60,398 nucleotides of DNA from a virus: the UHGV virus genome UHGV-1361177; one strand, given 5' to 3'. The notes under the pieces were generated by a model. The model saw nothing but the letters and a program-made list of their open reading frames with translations, made no database searches and was not told the DNA's origin. The position numbers and the translations under genes are program-made. Numbering within the stretch: the first letter of the stretch is position 1; every line of letters begins with the position of its first letter. Below, one piece after another: positions 45,412 to 54,945 of this stretch.

Positions 45412-45866
45412 ACCCCTTTCAAGCCAATAACAATATCAACAGTTGGCAGTTTGTAAACTTTAAATGTTACACTGCCATCTGCTGTAGTTCCAGTTCCAGA
45501 AGATATAATTCCAAATGCTTTACTATATGCCTTTTGTGCATCCACAGAAGCCCCATCAGCAAGCATACTTACAATTATTGGATTATCGTCTGCCCTAAGT
45601 CCCTCAACATCTACAGTTTGGCTATATGGGGCTGTATCGCCTACCCAACCAGTAGCAGTCAGTGTAACCGGTGTAGTATGATTTATCTGATTGACATTTT
45701 TATTAGTCTTGTTGATATCATTTGCCCCAAAGGTATCCCCAACCTGTGAATAACTTGTAGCATCTGTAAACGATACTGTGCCATCATCATTGCTTGTTTG
45801 CGTATATTTTCGACTGTTTCCAGATGCAATGATATCGTCCATATAATTCGTTTTTAAAGTTTCCAT
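45408..45866 (-). CDS. tail fiber or baseplate component (putative)
   Basis: Ser/Thr/Gly-rich 152 aa protein. Confidence 0.4.
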   Translation of the reverse strand: METLKTNYMDDIIASGNSRKYTQTSNDDGTVSFTDATSYSQVGDTFGANDINKTNKNVNQINHTTPVTLTATGWVGDTAPYSQTVDVEGLRADDNPIIVSMLADGASVDAQKAYSKAFGIISSGTGTTADGSVTFKVYKLPTVDIVIGLKGV

Positions 45867-46273
45867 CAGGTTCTCACTCCTTTCACATTCCCAAGTCTAA
45901 ATGCTAATACTGGCAACCCAGCTTCCAGCCTGTTCAACATTTCATAGATTCTTAATGTCGCAGACTCTATCCTGTTCAACTCATTCCATTGGATAAATGC
46001 TCCATTGCTGTAAAAGGTAGATGTCATGCCTATATTCTGGGTGTAAACGTTTTTGTTGATGGTTTCCAGATTCTTCTCAAAATTATTGATTTCTTTGGCA
46101 TACGGATAATCCGCATACCCTTTATCAGCTCCCATATCAATAATTCCAAAATTAGGGTAAAATTGTTCTGCTCTTTCATGCAGAAAATTCAAGTTCCCTT
46201 TTATCCGATTGTAATCACTGGCATTGAATCTGTCAGAAGATTCCCAATCAGTTTTAGGTTGTATCCATGGCAT
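45866..46273 (-). CDS. hypothetical tail-module protein
   Basis: 135 aa ORF coupled to neighbouring genes. Confidence 0.35.
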   Translation of the reverse strand: MPWIQPKTDWESSDRFNASDYNRIKGNLNFLHERAEQFYPNFGIIDMGADKGYADYPYAKEINNFEKNLETINKNVYTQNIGMTSTFYSNGAFIQWNELNRIESATLRIYEMLNRLEAGLPVLAFRLGNVKGVRT

Positions 46274-48576
46274 TACTCCACCACCTTTCTAGCCTTTAAT
46301 GTGCCGCTCCAAGCACCGCTATAATTTAGTTCGTTTTGATATGCACGTATCATTGTCTTATCCCTGTCTTTCAATTCCAGAAAGAATAAATCATTAGCAT
46401 CTGTACGCGGGTCTCCATTCCAGGGGATTTGATAATCAACATCTCCTAGATAATATTCCGCTAACCATTCTTCCTGGTCCTTCGCCAGCTTTTCTTCACT
46501 GATGAGCGGATTATTCCATGTCTTATTCACTCCTGTATCATTGTGCTTTTCAGTATAAGACTTTTCTGATACCACATATTCGTATCCGCTTACAGATATC
46601 TGAATAGCATCCCCGACTGTACCTGTAACTTTGATATTCGCATAATAATTGCTGCTCGATATTATTTCGACCATTGCCGTTCCTGAAGTAACAGATACTT
46701 CCAGTCCATATGCAGGATTTGTAAAATATATCGTCTTTGTCATTTCTTCACTATCAAGTGTCAATTCTTCTGATGTCAATTCAGTGATTTCCGCTTGCGA
46801 CATAGTATATATATTTCGTTTAACCGTAATGGACTGAATTTTTTCTTGCCTAGTGGCTACAGGAGATCCTTTTAAATTAAAATCTCGTGACAGCGTATAA
46901 TCTGTCGAGTCTCCAAATGATACTTTATCAACTGTTATCCTTGCATTAGGATATCCTTTCGAAAAAACGATTTCCATTTCATCGAATTTTTCAAGTTGTT
47001 CTTTATACTCACTATGCAGTTGTGGATTTACTATCTCAATATCTTGTACCTGTTCCTGCTGATAATAAGTGATAATATGGTATTTCTGAGGTGCTACATT
47101 ACGAAAATCAATGGAAAATCCAAAACATGTGTATCCTGTTTCTAAGTCAATATTAATTTTAGGAATATCTTCAAAATCACCATTTGAATCCGCTATACTA
47201 TCACTAACGTACCCTGTATCTTTTGAATACTCCGCTTCATCTTCCGGCAGAAACAAAACAGATCCGTCAACCAATGAAAAATCATTACTATATATGGCAT
47301 AGCCTATACGTTGATCTTGTTTCAAAACATTCTCAACATGGCTAAATTTTGTCTCGTTGTTAGCAGCTTTAATACCTGCCGGTAAAATATCCTCTCCTGG
47401 ATACAAAAATCTACTCGGATATACAAGATCAATACCGGCACTGGCATACATGTCTGGCAAAAATGATGATTTTATCCATACCCTTCCTTGCCGGTCAACG
47501 CTTAATACACATCTGCCTGCATTTGAGATTATCTGTAATGCCTCTGAATGTTTTACCACAGGAACAGGATTATATACCTTAACATTTTGCAAATATGGAT
47601 CAACCACATACTCATCTGTTTTCATACCGGCATCTTCCAGTACATCTAATGCCAAATCATAAAGAGATATTCCTTCTGGTCTATACAATCCCCTGTAATA
47701 TGTTCCATTCAATTTCCAGTCAAACATATCAACCATTGTGAACTTGGCTTCTGTATCAGTTGCGCTCCAAGATTTTAAAAATGCTGTAATTTCAGGAACC
47801 CATTCAATATTCCTAGTCCCGTCCAGATCATATCCAAATGACACTTTCATTTGCTGTCCTTGTTCCATATAAGCAACTGCTGATTCTGGATTATCTGGAT
47901 TGTAATATAGATTCTGATTATCTACAGTCAAAGTCATATCTTGGCTTGGAAGCGATTCACAAATCGTTGATACATAATCCTTATAAGTAAATGATTTCAC
48001 TTGCTTATTTGAGAAAGTATTTGAAATTCCACATGTAAATTCCAAAATCCTCATTCTTCCCTGCCCATTAACCATTGTCAGTGGGGTTATCCGCAAGAAA
48101 GAAATAGCATCGAATGTATCTTCTGTAACGAAATTCCGGGAAGAATTTTCATAGGTTTGTGTGCCATTATCAGATTGAACCGTAAATGAAGTTGGGTAAT
48201 ATTCGCCAAAATCAATTGTCAAGCCTTTTATGTCTGCCACATTGCCGTCAAAGTTAATATATACTGAGCCTTGGATTTTATCTGGAACCAAGCCATTATT
48301 GTAATAGGCATATCCGTCATCCTGCTCTGGAAGAAAATACATTGTGCCGTCAACCTTGGCAAAATCTTCTTCCAGTGTAGCGTATACCTGGCTAACTGTA
48401 TTGCCTTTAAATGCTGCTGTTGTATTTGCAAAATAAGCGAAATCATTGTCTGCTTCACTTGCCACTATATTATTTTGTGCTATGGAACTAATAATACCAA
48501 TCCTGGCAGTGATATAACCACGATTCCTATTAGGTTTTCGCATGGCTTTTTTATAAGCTGCACTTACAGTTTGCAT
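46273..48576 (-). CDS. tail-associated protein (Tal-like / minor structural protein)
   Basis: 767 aa; position and size only. Confidence 0.5.
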   Translation of the reverse strand: MQTVSAAYKKAMRKPNRNRGYITARIGIISSIAQNNIVASEADNDFAYFANTTAAFKGNTVSQVYATLEEDFAKVDGTMYFLPEQDDGYAYYNNGLVPDKIQGSVYINFDGNVADIKGLTIDFGEYYPTSFTVQSDNGTQTYENSSRNFVTEDTFDAISFLRITPLTMVNGQGRMRILEFTCGISNTFSNKQVKSFTYKDYVSTICESLPSQDMTLTVDNQNLYYNPDNPESAVAYMEQGQQMKVSFGYDLDGTRNIEWVPEITAFLKSWSATDTEAKFTMVDMFDWKLNGTYYRGLYRPEGISLYDLALDVLEDAGMKTDEYVVDPYLQNVKVYNPVPVVKHSEALQIISNAGRCVLSVDRQGRVWIKSSFLPDMYASAGIDLVYPSRFLYPGEDILPAGIKAANNETKFSHVENVLKQDQRIGYAIYSNDFSLVDGSVLFLPEDEAEYSKDTGYVSDSIADSNGDFEDIPKINIDLETGYTCFGFSIDFRNVAPQKYHIITYYQQEQVQDIEIVNPQLHSEYKEQLEKFDEMEIVFSKGYPNARITVDKVSFGDSTDYTLSRDFNLKGSPVATRQEKIQSITVKRNIYTMSQAEITELTSEELTLDSEEMTKTIYFTNPAYGLEVSVTSGTAMVEIISSSNYYANIKVTGTVGDAIQISVSGYEYVVSEKSYTEKHNDTGVNKTWNNPLISEEKLAKDQEEWLAEYYLGDVDYQIPWNGDPRTDANDLFFLELKDRDKTMIRAYQNELNYSGAWSGTLKARKVVE

Positions 48577-48582
48577 TTGCTA

Positions 48583-49011
48583 TCACTCCAGTCCTGCATC
48601 AATCAGATTAAACTTGCAGTTTTCATACTTGGTTACTATATGGCTCTCCGGATCTGCGTACAATGGTTTAGCTTCACGGTCTCCAGGATACATTGTTATG
48701 GTTATCGGCTTTCCGGTTCTATAATCTTCAAATGTTACCGGAATGTAAAAAGGTTCAACTGCTCTCAACATCATCTGCCAGACTTCCGGTTCAAGCATGG
48801 CCCATTCAAGGTTATTCAGCTTATACAGATCTCTACCCACTCGTTGACCTATGACGGCATTGTTAGCATTTCTTCCGGCATTGACAGTCGTTGTGATGAG
48901 ATAACTAAACCCAGCCTTAGGACAAGGAAAGTCATATCCATTCACGTTCAGGAAAGCTGTTAGACCTGATCCAGTAACCTTTGTTGTTTGCGCCATTAGG
49001 TACACCTCCAT
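48583..49011 (-). CDS. distal tail protein-like (putative, short)
   Basis: 142 aa ORF immediately upstream of the Tal-like gene. Confidence 0.3.
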   Translation of the reverse strand: MEVYLMAQTTKVTGSGLTAFLNVNGYDFPCPKAGFSYLITTTVNAGRNANNAVIGQRVGRDLYKLNNLEWAMLEPEVWQMMLRAVEPFYIPVTFEDYRTGKPITITMYPGDREAKPLYADPESHIVTKYENCKFNLIDAGLE

Positions 49012-49014
49012 TCA

Positions 49015-49430
49015 TTGGCAGTAATCTTTCTGACCCCAAAGGTAAAATCAGGGGACTTTTTCTTTTTAGATTATTACGTAAGTAATAATCTTTTTCTTTT
49101 TAATTTCTTACATTCTTATATTCTTACATTCTTTATATTCTTACATTCTTGTTTTGTGGTCCGTCTGGTAGTTCAAGTGGTGGTTCAACAGGTAGTCCGT
49201 TAGGTGGTTCAATAGGTAGTTCATCTGGTGGTTCGTTGGTTGGTTCAATATTTTTTCAAAAAGTTAGCAAACCGTTGATTTTACTAGCTTTTTCGGCTAT
49301 CAATATCAGTTCGCCAGTTGGTTCACATACCTAACACTACTTGAACACCAAAGTGAACACCAACCACACACCAAAATGATCACTCAGCGATCACGTTTTT
49401 GGGTACATTTTGTCGGTTAGAATGGGCTGA
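49015..49430. repeat. non-coding tandem-repeat array: three copies of ttcttacattctt(a/t)tat, ~3.5 copies of ggtggttcaa(c/t)aggtagt, and two copies of tgaacaccaa
   Basis: ttcttacattcttatattcttacattctttatattcttacattcttg; ggtggttcaacaggtagtccgttaggtggttcaataggtagttcatctggtggttcgttggttggttcaata. Confidence 0.5.
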
Positions 49431-49431
49431 T

Positions 49432-50030
49432 TTAAAGCTCATAATCTGGATAAACAGCTTCCCAAACATCTTTATGATAAGCATTTACTTCCCCATAATT
49501 TGCATCGAATATCTTTTTTACTTTATATCCCATACGTTCCCCAACTTCTTTCAGCCTTCTCCATTTGAATGTTTTCCAAGAAACATTATTCAGTGCTGCT
49601 ACTCGCTTGATAGAGTACCAATCTTTACTTGTATCAAGTTGTGCCTGTAGTTCTGCTTCCCGATCAAGGCTTTCCAGAAGCTGTGCAATTGCATCTCGAT
49701 ATGACATAGGCATATTTGTCTTATCATCTTTTTTCTGGAAATAGCTGTCTACCAATCGGTCATATACTTCCCACGCCTGATCCGTATTCAGTGACTTAGC
49801 GTGAAGAAATGCTCCTTTTTCTGTCCAAAGGTACAATTGATTTATTCTACTTGACGAAAAATCATTTTGATGCGTTGTCTTGAATGTTCTTAACTCATCA
49901 CCAGTCAGACACACAAAATGTTTCCCTTCCTGGTACCTATCCCTATTTCTGTTAAAATTATTGGTAATTATTTGTGTGTCCGTTCCATATGCTTCCGCAA
50001 TCTGCTGTGTGGTTAAAACTCTCTGGCATC
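49432..50030 (-). pseudogene. C-terminal fragment of an ORF6N-domain antirepressor-like gene disrupted by the IS66 insertion
   Basis: The frame is open from the IS boundary (CQRVLTTQQIAEAYGTDTQIITNNFNRNRDRYQEGKHFVCLTGDELRTFK) with no start codon. Confidence 0.6.
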
Positions 50031-50072
50031 GTAAAGGTCAAATCCTTCGCTCCACGCCAAATACAGCGCCGC

Positions 50073-51890
50073 TTATTTGCGGCGCTTGTAACACTCAGCC
50101 GGAAGGTCTTTCGACCATGGCATAAGTGGTTCTAACTCTTTTTCGTCTATACTTCCATCGGCACGAACAACCTGTGTCAGCTCTGTCAACAAATGTTTCA
50201 TGTAATAGTAGACATTCAGGCCATTCGCCCGGGCGGTCTCCGTAACACTGTAAATGATTGCACTGGCATCAGCTCCTCGTACCGTATTGATGGTCATCCA
50301 GTTTTTACGGCCAATCGTGAAAGTTCTCAGCGCACGTTCGCTGGCCAGGTTATCAATCGGTACTTCTCCATCTGACAGGAATACTTTCAGATATGCTTCC
50401 TGATTCAGGCAATAGTTGATGCCTTTGGCGGTTTCACTCTTTGGAAGCACCGACCGGTCCGCCTGTATCTTTCGGAGCCAGGCAAAGAATTCTTCAACCA
50501 GAGGCTTGATGGAAGCCTGCCGCTCATTTAAGCGTTCTTCTGGAGTCAGTTCCTTTAAAGCTCCTTCCAGGTCATAAATGGCACCAATTCGTACCAGTGC
50601 TTTATACGCAACAGACGCCTCGACCGCTTCTGGATTACTTTTTCCAATTGCCTTAATCGCATTTGCGAAGTGGCGCCTTGCGTGAGCCATGCAATTCGCA
50701 TTCTTCACACCAGCAAGATCCCGCTCCAGCTTATGATACTGTTCCAGGCCATCAGTCACAAGAACACCGTCAAAGTCCTTATAATACGCTTTCGGATGAT
50801 CGCTGTGTCGTGTCTTCTGGTATTCATACACAATGATTGGCGGCACAGGACTTAACTCTCCAGTGATGTGAACCCACATATAGCTTTTACTGCCTGCAGG
50901 TCTGCCGTCATGAATTACATCTACAGGTGTTTCATCACTCTGATTTACATGTGCTTCCAGCTGACGTTTCCTCATGAGATCACACACTGGCAATAAATAG
51001 CGTTCAGCTGTCCACACCGTCCAGTTCGACATCGTCTGTTTGGACAGATTCAGGCCGTTTGCCTGGAAGTCTCTGGAAATGCGGTCAAGCGGATTGCTGT
51101 TTACATACTTGGCATTGATGATTGCGGCTTCAAGAGAAGGAGTAGCAATGCTTCCCCTGAACATCGTTTCCGGGTGATCACCACGAAGAAATTCATCCTG
51201 ATGCGCACCATCTGTTCCAACATACACTTTTATGATGTGTTTTTCAGCAGTCCATTTGGCCGGTTCGAAACGAAGCTGCCAGAAAATCTCATCCGGCATA
51301 CTTTTCCAGTTTTCTTCACCGAAAGCCTCATTCAGTTCCTGTTCCGGTATATCATGAAGGATTACTTCCTGCGGAAAATCCTTCAGGTCTTCTTCACGCT
51401 GGCCTTTTTTCTTAGGCTTTCGCGGTACCTTTCTGGATGAATCAATGACCTCTTCCACAGTCGGTTCCTTGGCTGTTCCATCATAATTCGCTTCTGCCTC
51501 ATTAAAAAAAGAAAGCTGGCCTGCGATATCATCCAGTTTTTCCGTATGGCGGCCGAAGCGCTGCTGATTTGCCAGCCGGATCTGCTCTACGAGGTTTTCA
51601 TAGTTGTGTTCCAGTCGGTCAAGCCGGTCCTGCATCTGGTAGATGACATCGTCCTTAGTTTTATGATCCATCTTGTTCAGTTCATCTGGAGTGAATTTTT
51701 TGCACATGATATCCGCCTTTCTTACTAACGGTAGTATAGCAGAAATCTGTGACAAATGCGAATCAGCCTTCAGGCCGAGTTCGTCATTTTTTCCTGCCAC
51801 GAAAGTCATCAGAATTCGTATGTCAGCCTTTGGAAATATAGGGTTTTCAAGGTGCAATTGCATCGTTCCTGCCTGATAGCAGACGAACAA
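50073..51890 (-). CDS. tnpC: IS66-family transposase TnpC
   Basis: CMAHARRHF motif; ~600 aa. Confidence 0.85.
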   Translation of the reverse strand: MFVCYQAGTMQLHLENPIFPKADIRILMTFVAGKNDELGLKADSHLSQISAILPLVRKADIMCKKFTPDELNKMDHKTKDDVIYQMQDRLDRLEHNYENLVEQIRLANQQRFGRHTEKLDDIAGQLSFFNEAEANYDGTAKEPTVEEVIDSSRKVPRKPKKKGQREEDLKDFPQEVILHDIPEQELNEAFGEENWKSMPDEIFWQLRFEPAKWTAEKHIIKVYVGTDGAHQDEFLRGDHPETMFRGSIATPSLEAAIINAKYVNSNPLDRISRDFQANGLNLSKQTMSNWTVWTAERYLLPVCDLMRKRQLEAHVNQSDETPVDVIHDGRPAGSKSYMWVHITGELSPVPPIIVYEYQKTRHSDHPKAYYKDFDGVLVTDGLEQYHKLERDLAGVKNANCMAHARRHFANAIKAIGKSNPEAVEASVAYKALVRIGAIYDLEGALKELTPEERLNERQASIKPLVEEFFAWLRKIQADRSVLPKSETAKGINYCLNQEAYLKVFLSDGEVPIDNLASERALRTFTIGRKNWMTINTVRGADASAIIYSVTETARANGLNVYYYMKHLLTELTQVVRADGSIDEKELEPLMPWSKDLPAECYKRRK

Positions 51891-51981
51891 ATTGTTCTGA
51901 TCCGGTCATCCATTGTAAACGATAGCAGTTCTTTTCAGTACCAAAACAGAAAATATATTTTCTCTGTTTTGTACAAACGTT

Positions 51982-52338
51982 TCAATAGATATTTTTCGGA
52001 TCGACATCTTTGATTTTGGGATCCAGGGGATTTAAACCCATCATAAGATACTTGTACTGCTCTTCGGTAAGATCTGCGGCTTCCTGTATGTTTCTTGGCC
52101 AGGATAACCGTCCTGCTTCAAAGCGTTTATATAGAAGCAGGAATCCTGTTCCCATCCACAAGAGCCCTTTGCACCGATCGGAACGCTTTCCGCAAAACAA
52201 AAAGAGCGTTCCCTTCTCAAATGGATTTTGACCATACTTATCTCCTATAATCGTTGCCAGTCCATCAATGCCCTTTCTCAGATCAACCGTGCCGCAGGCA
52301 AGAACAACACGGCGAATACCAGCAGCATCTTCAAGCAT
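51982..52338 (-). CDS. tnpB: IS66 accessory protein TnpB (Orf2)
   Basis: VDLRKGIDGLATII...LFLFCGKRSDRCKGLLWMGTGFLLLYKRFEAGRLSWP. Confidence 0.85.
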   Translation of the reverse strand: MLEDAAGIRRVVLACGTVDLRKGIDGLATIIGDKYGQNPFEKGTLFLFCGKRSDRCKGLLWMGTGFLLLYKRFEAGRLSWPRNIQEAADLTEEQYKYLMMGLNPLDPKIKDVDPKNIY

Positions 52339-52756
52339 GGGACACCTCCTGAATAATCCGGCTCAGGAGCGCATCCGAGATTTCATTGGAAATATCAATC
52401 TGTAATGTTGCCGTCCGAATCGTTGCAACAGGTTTGTCGGAAACCATGTATGTATTTGTTTCCGCAGAAGTGTGGCATGGAATTTCAACAAAAGACAGTT
52501 CTGTTTTCTCGGTCACGGCAGGAACGGAAGAGTTTCCCTTCATTTCTTCATACGCCTGTTTCCGGAACCGTCGCTGCCAGTGATAATAGCTTTGTTCGCA
52601 GATGCCATTCTCATCCATCCAGCTTTTGGCTGACTGGCCTGCTGGTCTTTGCCCACAGGCCTGAATGATCTTCTTCCAGTACTCTGCACGGACTTCATGA
52701 GTACACTGATCCATAGTGTTTAGTCCTCCCTTGAAAAAATCTATTGTTTTTCTCAA
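52331..52756 (-). CDS. tnpA: IS66 accessory protein TnpA (Orf1)
   Basis: Position and size; SYYHWQRRFRK motif. Confidence 0.6.
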   Translation of the reverse strand: MRKTIDFFKGGLNTMDQCTHEVRAEYWKKIIQACGQRPAGQSAKSWMDENGICEQSYYHWQRRFRKQAYEEMKGNSSVPAVTEKTELSFVEIPCHTSAETNTYMVSDKPVATIRTATLQIDISNEISDALLSRIIQEVSHA

Positions 52757-52805
52757 GTATGCACTAAAAATGGATTTAGTGAAAGGCGCGTGGTTTGACC
52801 TTTAC

Positions 52806-52841
52806 CTGGCATCTGTACTCTGTTACTTTTAATCCTTCCAT
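52806..52841 (-). pseudogene. N-terminal fragment (start codon plus 11 codons) of the IS-disrupted ORF6N gene
   Basis: AAGGAGATAATTGG then ATG GAG GGA TTA AAA GTA ACA GAG TAC AGA TGC CAG reads in frame through the target duplication into 49432..50030. Confidence 0.5.
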
Positions 52842-53072
52842 CCAATTATCTCCTTCTGTATTTAAAGCAACAAAAAACGCCCACCAGACATAGATTTTCT
52901 ACATCTAGTGAGCGTGATTCTTAAACTGTTTTTGCCGTCCTTGCTCAGTTCGTCCTATCCTTTAAGCCTTGTTTTTCCCGCAACGGCTATTGGGCAAAGC
53001 TGATGGATTCGGCTAAATTTTACCCTTTTATTATACCTGTTTTGGGCTGGAATATCAAGGTTTCTTGCGCAT

Positions 53073-53765
53073 TTACCTCAATCTTCTACCAAAATAAAAT
53101 CTATCAAGCTCTTCCAAGCGATCAAGATAATCGTCTGCAGTTTTTCCAAGGTCTGTGAAGTGGTCAACAAGGTCAAGTCCTTTCTCTGGGGAATGACCAA
53201 CTTCCTTTTTGTAGATTTCATTTGCCTTCTCCAAGTCAAATTCCTCTCCAACTTTCAGCATAATGTGGTATTCCAACACAAACTGCGGCACATTGGCATT
53301 GTTGCAAATCCTATACATCCTCCGCTGATTTCTAGCATACCAACTAGGATTTTTGGGTATAGGTGTATTGCTTGGCTGGCAAACTGGAGGTTGCTCCAAT
53401 GTTGTTGATTTTGCTTTTACCCGAAAGTATGTGTTCACCAACTCTCTCTGGACTTTCCATGACAAATCATCTGTAAAGGTTTTAACTATCATCAGATAGC
53501 CGCTTTCTGTAAGCAAATAAGTTATAAGGTCGGGATTTCCCTTAATTATTTCATTAGGGGAATATCGTTCCCCTAATTCTTTTCTTGTCATTTCAAAGTA
53601 ATCCTCACCCAAAATAAAATGCTTTTTATGCTTTTGAAAAGATTTCTTTGCAGTATCTGTTTTCTTCTCATGTACTCTGTCAATGTCTTTTAGTGTCACA
53701 ACTCTCTGCCCGTTGTACTCTCTTATCTGCATTTCTGTATTTTCAATAGCAATGACTTCACTCAT
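53073..53765 (-). CDS. ORF6N-domain antirepressor-like protein (intact paralog)
   Basis: MQIREYNGQRVVTLKDIDRVHEKKTDTAKKSFQKHKKHFILGEDYFEM. Confidence 0.6.
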   Translation of the reverse strand: MSEVIAIENTEMQIREYNGQRVVTLKDIDRVHEKKTDTAKKSFQKHKKHFILGEDYFEMTRKELGERYSPNEIIKGNPDLITYLLTESGYLMIVKTFTDDLSWKVQRELVNTYFRVKAKSTTLEQPPVCQPSNTPIPKNPSWYARNQRRMYRICNNANVPQFVLEYHIMLKVGEEFDLEKANEIYKKEVGHSPEKGLDLVDHFTDLGKTADDYLDRLEELDRFYFGRRLR

Positions 53766-54021
53766 TTTTCATGCCTCCCCCAAATTCAATCTTGCCATTG
53801 GAAAGGCACTTGCAGGCATACGCAAAACCTGCAATAAATGACTTCTCTTGAACATCAAATACGCACCTGTTTATAGAACTTTCAATTTCATTGGCCAGCT
53901 TTGGATTTAAAATCTCATAAACTTTTTTCCACGCATCATCATATTCCCGTCCCCATGTATAATCTTGCGCTTCATCAGAATGAAACCACTGCTCATAAAT
54001 CATCTTTGCAAATTCATCCAT
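53758..54021 (-). CDS. hypothetical protein, coupled to a 40-aa ORF (54021..54142) with an AGGAGG RBS
   Basis: TAATG overlap. Confidence 0.3.
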   Translation of the reverse strand: MDEFAKMIYEQWFHSDEAQDYTWGREYDDAWKKVYEILNPKLANEIESSINRCVFDVQEKSFIAGFAYACKCLSNGKIEFGGGMKNE

Positions 54022-54263
54022 TACTGTTCACCGCCTTTCTGGCGGTCTGCCAGTCTATTAGTGTACGCAAGGATGCATTTCAAAAAATGCTCGTTGGTAT
54101 GTTCCAGATTGTTGATGATTGCTTCAATAAGTTTTTCTCTCATAAAAAACCTCCTGTAAAATATTGATTTTCCACAAGAGGTATGATATATTATTAGTAC
54201 ATATCCCCTTGTGGATGTGGCTTGATAAAAGTAATCGTCTCTCGCCAAAGTGACCGGTTACTT

Positions 54264-54449
54264 TTATTTTTTTGCTTTTTGGTATTCATCTTCAATACCT
54301 CTTCGGACAATTTCGGATCTGCTTACATTAAACTTTTCCGCTGAATAATCAAGTTTTTTTAATGTTTCATCGTCAAGTCTAGTTCTAAGCATAAAATCCT
54401 TTGTATTATCCTTAATTTTCTGCCCTGTTTTAGGCGACACTTTTTTCAT
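54264..54449 (-). CDS. ribbon-helix-helix protein (CopG/antitoxin-like)
   Basis: LRTRLDDETLKKLDYSAEKFNVSRSEIVRRGIEDEY. Confidence 0.5.
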   Translation of the reverse strand: MKKVSPKTGQKIKDNTKDFMLRTRLDDETLKKLDYSAEKFNVSRSEIVRRGIEDEYQKAKK

Positions 54450-54572
54450 CCTCCTTTCAGAACGTTGCTACATTTTGCATATCTTTATATTAACATTGTA
54501 GCAACAAACTGTCAACCCCCAAAATAAAAAAATCAGGGAAGTTTTTCGCTTCCCTGATAATTCATGCCAATA

Positions 54573-54881
54573 TTAAACTTTCCATGTGTGACCGCAGTTC
54601 TGACATGTGGCTCTGGTTTCAAGAATAGATGTTTCTTTTCCCTGTGTTTTTCCAATCCCTACTTTGTCACCTCTAAGAGTTCCAAAAAGCAGTTTCCACA
54701 ACCAGCCCATACATAAAAATTGCATTGCGTCAATAAACCAGCCAAAGCAAAGCCAATATAAACAGCCCCTTTTTCTAGGCTCTCTCATAACAATTTTTCC
54801 AGTAGATGTACTACCAGTCTGTACATTCTGAACAAAAACATCTTCGCTTCCACATTTAGGACACTTCATAATATCCACCAC
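54573..54881 (-). CDS. membrane protein with N- and C-terminal zinc-ribbon half-sites
   Basis: CPKCGSED ... TM segment CLYWLCFGWFIDAMQFLCMGWLWKLLF ... CQNCGH. Confidence 0.4.
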   Translation of the reverse strand: MVDIMKCPKCGSEDVFVQNVQTGSTSTGKIVMREPRKRGCLYWLCFGWFIDAMQFLCMGWLWKLLFGTLRGDKVGIGKTQGKETSILETRATCQNCGHTWKV

Positions 54882-54945
54882 TTGTATAATATTTGTGGAT
54901 ATTATATCACATAAAGGGGCAAAAGAAAAGAGGCTCGGTGGCCTC

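Larger units (their letters stand above)
50031..52805 (-). mobile_element. IS66-family insertion sequence (tnpA-tnpB-tnpC), 2775 bp, flanked by an 8-bp direct duplication CTGGCATC
   Basis: Ends GTAAAGGTCAAATCC... and ...GGTTTGACCTTTAC form an imperfect terminal IR (12/12 outer bp). CTGGCATC occurs at 50023-50030 and 52806-52813. Confidence 0.85.

Noticed and set aside
48271-48963. 230-aa plus-strand ORF overlapping the Tal-like and Dit-like genes
   Set aside because: Antisense to the structural genes, hydrophobic low-complexity, no RBS.
54021-54248. 75-aa ORF MARDDYFYQ...
   Set aside because: Only its last 40 codons are preceded by a strong AGGAGG RBS and ATG (54142). The upstream part overlaps the -10-like region and has no RBS. 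I annotated the short form in the evidence for 53758..54021 instead.
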